Part shown: piece after piece, positions 53,822 to 64,000 of the stretch
Numbering within the stretch: position 1 is the stretch's first letter
Layout of the letters: every line of letters starts with the position of its first letter
NCBI RefSeq assembly: GCF_009914755.1
Contig: NC_060925.1
Origin: the human T2T-CHM13v2.0 reference genome, Homo sapiens
Length of the DNA stretch: 64,000 nucleotides
Direction: 5' to 3' (one strand)
Made by a program: the position numbers and the translations under genes
The notes under the pieces: model-generated
The model's input: only the letters and a program-made list of their open reading frames with translations
Databases searched by the model: none
Told to the model about the DNA's origin: nothing

Positions 53822-55159
53822 GGTCCACTAAGGGGAAGAAATGTCTTATCAAAAGGCTGTGTAGATGGACAACTAAGACTGAGAGCTAAATGATCTGCCT
53901 GCAACCTCACTTGGTAAGTGACTTAAGCAGTATGTAAATCACAGTTAGTCTGACTCTGGAAGCCAATCTCTTTCATCAGTTTATTATATTTCCTCTTGAA
54001 AGAAGCTTAGTTGCATGAACTGAGCCAACACTGTACAAGCCTCAGATGTTCAACAGCTTTAGTCCCTATAGCCAAGAAGCATTTTCAGGTTAATTCATTG
54101 GCAGGCTCACTCCAGAAACACAATTGCAATTATATTAATGCTATTCACAAGACATTATTTGCTGGATGAAGAAAGAAGTGGAAAACTACTTTCCTTATAG
54201 CAGTAACAGAATACTTATTAAAACCAAGAATAATAATAACAAAATTAGAATAACAAAATACTTATTATAGCTTAGTAATAATACTAAGAACTGCTAATAT
54301 TTACTAAGCACTTTCCATGTGTCAAGCACTACTCTAAGAGCTTCTGCTATATTATCTCATTTTTCTTCACAGAAACCCTAGGTCAATAACATTATTATCC
54401 ATATTTACAAATCAGGAAGCTGAGGCAAAGAGTGGTTCAACAAGTTGAGTAAGGTCATACTGTGTTAGTGAGCTCTATTTGCAGGCAGGTAGAACTAAAG
54501 CAATTGACCCAGACAAGATAATCCGTAAATATTTCTAGAGTAATAGTACAAGTAACTTCAGGAACATTTTAGTTTATCTGATGAACATCTAACATTAGCC
54601 ATTTTTTTCTTGCATTTTACTTTTCAGAAAGGAATTTTAAATGCTTTCATTATAGATCTAATTTTTTATTGTGTAGTCAAGGTCCCATATGCAGGAAATA
54701 TTTTGTATTTAATTCAATGTCCTGTGTGCCTTCCTTATCTATATTTCCACTAACCAGGAAATAAGGGGAAATTCCTATGGATTCAGGGAAGAACTATTAC
54801 AAGGGACTATTCTCAACATAGCTATTGACTTTGGAATTTTTATGACTGTGCATCCATCAAATTTACTAACTTAAAGTATGTAGTTAAATGGCCTAGCTTG
54901 CTTGTCTGTTTTGTTTTTCTGTTTTAACATTGGATAATGTGTGTCAATCAAATTTGCTAATTTAACATAGTTGTCTAGTTAGTTGGAGTTTTTTGTTTTG
55001 TTGTTCTGTTTTACTGCTGAATAGATTCTTAAATCAGGAGAACTGACATCTTGCTAATCTTTGTCACTGTGGGCTAGATGGTTTGAGAACCTAGTGAGAC
55101 TTTGAATCAGAATCCCAAAAGTGGCTTTAGATGCTTTAAATTCTTACCACTTTTCTATC

Positions 55160-55296
55160 TTTTTTTTTTTTAAATAACAGAGACAGGGATCTTGCTATGT
55201 TGCCCCAGGCTGGTCTCAAACTCCTGGCCTCAAGTGATTCTCCCACCTCAGCTTCCCAAAATGCTGTGACTACAAGTGTAAGCCACCTTACCCAGC
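55160..55296 (-). mobile_element. Alu monomer (FLAM-like)
   Basis: Single antisense left-arm-like monomer with a T tract. Confidence 0.8.
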
Positions 55297-58200
55297 TCGT
55301 TCTCTGTTTGAAAAGAAAAAAAAAAATCACCACCTGAAATGATTTAAACCATTAACCACAAAAAAGCTACTATAGAAAAAATATCTATCGTATTTTAATT
55401 TAATTCATCAACAATAAGTGACATAAACAATTCTGTGTAAAAAGTCAATATTCTTTGGAACTGTCCTTTAATCCTTTGGAAATATGTTGTAATCAACCTT
55501 CATTTTGACTAATAGCAAAGACATAATCTGATTTTTTAAAGCTCTGATATGCAGAGAAGATAAAAAGAATGGTTGATTCTTGAAAATGTTTTTTGCTCCA
55601 CTCAACCAAAGAACAAATTCTTTACTGTCAAAAAGCATTTTCTAGACTTCACCTGGAATAAGCTAGAAAAAAGGATTGGTAAATTTAAGAAACCTGTTAC
55701 TAACTTTATTTCATTTTTTATTTATTTAATTATTTCCTTTTTTTTTTTTTTTTTTTTTGAGACGGAGTCTCAATATCATGTGGAGAAAACGTAATTAGTG
55801 TGAGGCCCAAAGAGGAAATAAGTCACTGGTATGGAAATAGGTATTTCCAGGTGCCAGTATTTAGTCTCTGGGGTGAATTTGTTTAAAAAAAAATAGATAA
55901 AATTTATTATAGAAATGATGGGAGAGTAAAGTAAGTTTGAATGTCTATTTCTTTGCATATATGACAAACTATTCCAGAGAAAAATAGTGAATATTTCTCT
56001 AAAATTTCTACCAAAAGAAAATTCCAAAACTTTTCAAGATACTGTTGTATTCTGTTTTAAACACAAGATTATCTCGCAAACATTTCCTTGAAACACCTCT
56101 TGCTACAACTTAAAACCAGTACTAATTTTCCCAGTCTCAGAAAAAATAGAGAACTGTCATTCCTGGTTAATGTGTTCTATGCCTCTTAAACTTGAGTGTG
56201 TACATGAATCACTTGGGAGCTAGTTAAAATGCAGATTTTGGTTCAGTAAGTTCAGGAGCCCAAGATTCTTTATGTCTAATAAGCTCCAGATGATGCTGGA
56301 GGACCTCATTTTGCATGTCAAGAATTGAGACTGCTCCACTTCTCATACCTTTGGCTATCTGCCTCTTCCCTTCTAGCTATCACCGATTCACCCTGGGTGG
56401 GTAACTGACTCAGAAGACGTTATCAGAGCTCTTCTCCAAGACTTATTCAACAGGAACCAGTGAAGAAGATCAATGTCTCTGACAAAAAAACTATGTGTTG
56501 TAAGGCTCGGGGCTCCTCTCTGCCCATTTTTCCCGCTGAAAGAGGGAAGCTGATATAAGAGGTGAGGCCAGTAGACCAAGAGACAGTCAGAACGCTGGCT
56601 ACATTCATGTCCCCAGTTTTCCCGGTTCCCTTTGAACCTGAGCTGTAGGAGCAGCCTCACCTTTACAATGCTATTTGAGACAAGCCCAATATTTTTTACA
56701 AATACCGTACATTTAACTAACTTATTTGAGTTGGTTTTCTTTCACATGCCACCATCAGAGTGCTGCCTAAGTATAATACTCATACAGTACAATTAAATTT
56801 CAGAAAATAACTTGTTTACGTTAATTTCCTTTTTGAGCTAACTAAATCATTTACTGTAACCTTTGTATGCAGAACCTATTTCCTAAATTTTTGTTTCTTA
56901 CCTCTTGGTCTGAGTCTAACACTGTCTAGCACCTGAGACATAGTATTTGTTGTCTCGGATTCATCTATTCATGGAGAACAATCTGTACCACATGGCAGGC
57001 ACTGTGCTGGAGGCTGGGACCACGTGATCCCTGTTTTCCAGTAGTTTACAATTTAGTAGGGGATACGGATAAAGCAACAAAGTAATGTAATGTGATGTAA
57101 TATAATGTCATATAAATATAGGAGTATAAAGGAGACAGTATCATGGAGAGGGTGGTACCTCCTCAAAGTCTTGATGGATAAACAAGGAAGAAGGAAATTC
57201 CAGCCAGAAAGATCCAAATAGGCAAAGGTACATAAATGAGAACTACAGTGCTTTATTTAGAGAAGTGCATATGTTTCATCCCAAAGCATGAAGAGGAGAT
57301 AACAGGAGGGTCAAGGGTACAGAGGTAATAGGGAAGTAGCCAACATAAATCAAGAAAGGCTTTGAAAAACATGACAGTGATCTTGGACTTCTATCCTATA
57401 GGCAATAGATAACGATTGTGAAAAGCAGCAACAGGTGTGAATCATGTTTTTACTTAGACTGTGTTGCAGGACATATTGAGAGCAATCAAGATAGAGACAA
57501 AGAGTTCTGTAGAACAGAGTTGGCAATCTTTGAGCTAGTGAACTATTGAGCAAAGTTATAATGAGGCAGAATAAAATATTCTAGGGTCAACTGTTTTTTT
57601 CTTTTTCTTTACCTGTTACAAATATCCTTTCATACATTTTCTTTTACACGTAGGTAATTTGGGAATTGTTACATTATCATTTTAAGTATTTCTCTATGAA
57701 CCTTATACTATTGCATCATTTAAAAATCTATACTGAGAGTCTCTCTCTTACTAAAAGTGAGTTTAATTCACAAACGTTTATTATTTATTTCTTGCATTTA
57801 TCTCTTCCATTTTCTGTATTTCCTTTTTGTTTCTTCTGTTTCCCTCCTTTCCTAACATCTATTGGATAGACTGAGTTTTACTCTGCTGGTTTGAAAATTA
57901 CACATGATTTTAGTCTTCTGGTATTTTTCTCAACTTCTGTTCTTATATTTAGTATTCACTGATTTATTTCCTACAGTAATAGAATTCTAAAGCTTGTCAG
58001 TAGCTATATTTTCCTTATCCCCTTCACTTTCAACAGAAATGCCTTAGTAAGCTCTTTGGTCTCTCTGGACTCCAACACCAACCTGACTCATGTTGTTGTT
58101 TTCTAAGTTTAAACATTGATAGACTTTTGTTGTCATTCATTACTTGTTTAGACAAGAAATTTTACTAAATTATTTACTGATATTTATTTCCTATATCTTA

Positions 58201-59150
58201 TTTGCTTCTAACCGGATAATTTCCTCCAACAGTGCTTTTAACATGTGTGTTAGGTGGTCTGAGTCTTAGTATCCACTTCATGAAAATATGTAAGTGATAA
58301 TTAAAAACACTGTTTAATTTTTTTCTTTAAACACTTTGAAAATTTATTCTACCACTTCTTGCACCTAGTGCTGCTGTTCAGAAGTCTGAGCTGGATGTGT
58401 AGTTGGTCATCGTCAGCATACAGAGGATAACTGAAGCCACGTGTGGGAGGGAAGATCACCAACTGGGACACAGATGCTGAAAAGAAGGCAGCCAAGAATG
58501 AACTCTGAGAAAAGCCAACATTTAAGGAGTGGATACGAGAAGAGGCATTGTGAGCTAGACTGAAAAGGAATGGCCAGAGTTTTGCAAATGTAATCAGAAG
58601 TGCATCATGAAAACCAACAAAGGGAGCAGTTTCAACAAATAGGGATGATCAGCAACAACCTAAAATATTACAGAGAGATCTAGCAATACAAGTATTTCAA
58701 ATTGTTCTTCAGATGTAACAATATATCCAAGTTACTGCACTTTCTTTAACCTTCTAAGAAAAGTTTGTATCATTTTTCTATGTTGGTGGGTGGTGAGGGC
58801 CAGGGAGAGGAGTAGGAAACCAGTAGAGAAGAGGACATAAAAAAGAGAGGAGACAAATAGAACATCAAGGTATTTAGAGAGAATGGAAGATAAAGAGCAC
58901 AAGTGCACAGACATTACCCTTTACAAACGTAATGAGCAGTGTTCTCTGGTGATTAAGGAACTAGTCATGAAGGCAAGCATTTAATGGAGTTCATGTCTAG
59001 GAGCTTCTATATTCTTTGTAAGTAGGAATCAAGGCCTTTCGCTGATCGACAAGGAGTGCAGTGAGTTAGCAGCGACAGTAGTATTGCAACTATTGATACC
59101 AGTAAATAGTACCAGTAGTACTGCTCTACTTGTTGTATGAGGTATCTCTT

Positions 59151-60410
59151 TGTATCTGGAACTGGTGGGTTCTTGGTCTCACTGACTTCAAGAATGAAGG
59201 CCCGGACCCTAGCACTAAGTGTTACAGTTCTTACAGATGGCATGTCGCAAGTTTCTTCGCACCGTGATCTCGCTGACTTCAGGAGTGAACCTGCAGACCT
59301 TCGCAGTGAGTGTTACAGCTCTTACATGCAACGCATCTGCAGTTGCTCGTCCCTCCCAGCGGGTTCCTCGCTGGCCACAAGAGTGAAGCTACAAACTTTC
59401 GTGGTGAGTGTTACAGCTCATAAAAGCTGTGCAAACCCAAAGAGCACGCACCAGCAAAATTCAGCACAAAGAGGAAAAGAACAACACTTACACACCACAA
59501 AAAGGAACCCCAACCTGTTGCAGCCGCTGGCTCCGGCAGCCTGCTTTTATTCCCTTATTTGACCCCACCCACATCCTACTGATTGGTCCATTTTACAGAG
59601 AGCTGATTGGTCCATTTTACAGAGAGCTGATTGGTCTGTTTTGACAGGGTGCTGATTGGTGTGTTTACAAACCTTGAGCTAGACACAGGGTGCTGATTGG
59701 TGCATTTACAATCCTCCAGCTAGACATAAATGTTCTCCAAGACCCCACCCAACTCAGGAACCCAGCTGGCTTCCCTAGGGGATCCAGGCGCTGGGGCCCT
59801 GGGTGGAGCTGCTTGCCCGTCCTGTGCTGCGCCTGCACAGGTTAGCCCTTCAGCGGTTGATGGGACCGGGGGCTGTGGAGCAGGGGGCGGTGCCTGTCAG
59901 GGAGTCTCAGGCTGCGTGAGAGCCCACAGGGTGGGGGGCTCAGGCATCGTGAGCTGCAGGTCCCCAGCCCTGCCCCATGGGGAGGTGGCTCAGGCCCGGT
60001 GAGAATTCAAGTGTGGGGCAGATGGGCAGGCAGTGCTGGGCGACCTGGCGCACCCTCAGCAGCTGCTGGCCCAGGTGCTAAGCCCCTCACTGCCCGGGCC
60101 TGTGGCGCTGGCCCACCGCTCCAAGTGCGGCCCACCGAGCCCACGCCCCCCAGAACTGGCGCTGGCCTGCAAATGCTGGGCGCATCCCTGGTTCCCGGGC
60201 GCATCCCCGGTTCCCGGGCGCATCCCCGGTTCCCGTGCCTCTCCTTCCACACCTCCCCGCAAGCCGTGGGAGCTCCCGTCCTCGACCAGCCCAGAGAGGG
60301 GCTCCCACAGTGCAGCGCGGGCTGAAGGGCTCAAGTATAGCCAGAGCGGACGCCGAGGCCGAGGAGGCATTGAGAGCAAAGGAGGGCTGCTAACACGTTG
60401 TCACCTCTCA
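59151..60410 (-). mobile_element. LTR12 (ERV9) solo LTR
   Basis: Reverse complement starts TGAGAGGTGACAACGTG and ends ...GAACCCACCAGTTCCAGATACA; tandem CTGATTGG (CCAAT) repeats at 59579-59700; GC-rich U3; TSD TCTT at 59147-59150 and 60411-60414. Confidence 0.93.
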
Positions 60411-60760
60411 TCTTCTAATTAGACCAAAGAACAAAAACATTTGCCTAGAGTAAATAATTAGATTTCCCCCATTGATTCCCCATAATCAAAAACCAAAATA
60501 AACCTAAGAGAAAGTGTTGCTTCTATGTCCTTGAAAAGTTGTGAAAAGGAACCATAGTGCTTTAATTGCATGTTTAAGAATCTATTACATTTTCCTTTTA
60601 ATGTTATGAGATGGAAGTTGTTTGATGAGTCTCTGGTTCTTTGGGGAAAATTGTGGTTCCAACCTAGATTTTTGTAATTCTAAACTCTATAATTAAGGCA
60701 AAGACTCAGTTAACAGAATTTTACAGTTAAAGAATGATCAGGGAGCAAAATTTTGGTCCC

Positions 60761-61216
60761 TGTATAGTTTCCTAGGGTGGCTATAACAAAATGCCACAAA
60801 CATGGCAGAATTTTATTGTGTCATAGTTCTGGAAAATAGGAGTCCAAGATTAAGGTGTTGGCAGGTTGATTCCTTCCGAGTTTTTGAGGGCTGTGAGACA
60901 GAATTCGTTCCATTCCTTTTCCCCCCGAGCTTTTGCTAGTTTGCTGCAATCTTTGGCATTCTTTGGTTTCTAGACACATCACCTGATCCCTTGCCTTCAT
61001 GTGTATGTGGTGGTGTCTCTATTTGAGGGTCTATGTCTAAATTTCACCATTTTGTAAGTACACTAGTTATACTGAAATAGGAGCTTCACCAGTATAATCT
61101 CTTAATTAATTAACATCTTTTATGGCCTTATTTTCAAATAAAGTTATATTCTGAAGTACTAGGGGTCCAGACTTCAACATATGAATTTTTGGGGTAACAA
61201 GATTCAACCCATAATA
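60761..61216 (-). mobile_element. MLT1-type MaLR LTR
   Basis: tgtatagtttcctagggtggctataacaaaatgccacaaac...gattcaacccataata. Confidence 0.75.
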
Positions 61217-61599
61217 GCCCTCTTCCAAACTTCCAAAATCCCTTTCCAAACAGTCTGTTTCAAAGCTTTTTGGGTCGTGAAAGTGACCTAGGGTATTTCA
61301 AACTCTGTCTATGATTATTACCTTTGTTTTAGTTTTTATTTTTTCCCAGTTTTTCTGCTTATGAGAAGAAAAGCAAAGGTGAAAAGGAGGAAGCCATGTA
61401 TGTGAACAACCTAGGAGAAAGGTACTGGCAGCCTAAAGAAACAGATGTGAGTGGAATTCTGTTCAATATAAGAAGTCTGACTGCCATTTAAAAATTCAGG
61501 ATTTTAAAAAATAAGTTTGTTTAAACAACAGGGTCAAAAATACCAGCTAATCAATAATTGAAAAGAGTTAAGATTTAGTGAATGCCAAATCACTAAATG

Positions 61600-62810
<1,211 letters not shown>

Positions 62811-64000
62811 AAATTAGTGAATGTAATCCTGATAAAATTAATAGAATTTTAGAGTTGAAAAGAATCTTAGGAATTATCTATTTTAATATCTTAATTTGCC
62901 ACATCATATTATAGAAGGTCAGAGAGGTGGCAAAGTTAGACCCAGAAATCATTTCTCCAGATTTCTAATACAGTGGTTCTTCTTCTGTCTTTTATGACAC
63001 CCAGTGTGTTCTACATGACAATAAATCAATCAGTAAATACCTGCTAAAAATCCTTAATTATGAAAGAAGGCAAAATATAAGGCATGACTGACGCTTCAAA
63101 GAAGCTTACAATTTTGTTAGAGAAATAAGACAAGTACACTATATGAAGATGATAGTAGGTAATTTTAGGTTATTGTCTTTCTGGATGAGAACTGCCTCCT
63201 GCATCCAGATCTCTAGGACTTTAGAACTTTTTTCCCATATGACCCCCATATTCTGGCCACAGGTGATTGGTTTAGAGATTGGCATGTGACCCATGATGGG
63301 CCAATTATAGTATCTCATCCCCCTCCCACTCTGGTAATTGACCAAGGGATGGGTATCTAATCCAAGCCAGGCCAATCAAAGTATTTGCCTAAGAAACTGA
63401 ATGAATCCATACCTTTCCGGTGAGAGAAGCTTTAAAACATAAAACTCAGTTTCTGTTCTTGGCTCTGTTTCTTGTCATATGGACAAAGGTCAGCCTTCGT
63501 AATAGAGAATGGAAGTGACTAAAGGAAGTAGAAACAAAGGAGAGAGAGAGAATGTGTAAGTTCCTGGTTTCGACCGCTCTTGAAATTAGCTGTACCTTGA
63601 CCTTCCCACACTTTCAGTCTTTACTGGGATCTAATAAGTATTTACCACATGTTAAGCACTAATCTAAGCATTTCACAATAAGAACCCATTTAATCCTCAC
63701 AACAATCCTGTGAGGTAAGAATCATTACTACTCTGATATTACAGAAACTAAAAAACAGATTTAGTAATTTGCTTAAGATCACACTACTGGTAAAAGTAAT
63801 CAAGCCTGGATTCAAATTCAGGCAGTGTGTACCAGAACCTGCTCTTTCAACCAGAATGTCATATATATTTCTGTTATACGTTGCATTGCACTAAGTTGCA
63901 GTCATTTATCTCCATGTCTGTCTTCCATGCTAATCTGTGACCTCACTAAAGTCAAGGGCTATATTTAACTTCTTTTTGTATCTTTAAGGCCTACTACAGC

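Noticed and set aside
59730-60422. GC-rich ORFs or a CpG-island gene promoter
   Set aside because: Fully explained by the LTR12 U3 region

Overview
Primate (human) genomic DNA containing the complete CLCA1 gene on the + strand. There are 14 coding exons from ATG 4988 to stop 36074, totalling 2745 nt (914 aa). They encode a signal peptide, an HEXXH metalloprotease domain, a Cys-rich domain, a VWA domain with MIDAS and an FnIII-like C-terminus. A candidate upstream non-coding exon and a dense goblet-cell-type motif cluster (STAT6, SPDEF, FOXA, GATA) lie just upstream. The rest of the window is intronic or intergenic and rich in repeats (Alu, L1, L2/MIR, MER31, THE1, MER20, MER45, MLT1, LTR12). 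Most notable: (1) a 6.3 kb two-LTR betaretrovirus-like provirus 2 kb downstream of CLCA1 in which CA/NC/protease/RT are replaced by about 1.5 kb of non-retroviral, 3'UTR-like sequence, possibly a host-sequence transduction; (2) two stop-free, phase-compatible candidate cassette exons in CLCA1 introns 1 and 7; (3) a HERV-L that starts inside pol but still has a target-site duplication; (4) a young tail-less internal L1 RT fragment just upstream of the promoter; (5) a triplicated CTCF-like motif in the 3'UTR. Repeat subfamily names come from recall of consensus sequences, not from a database search.
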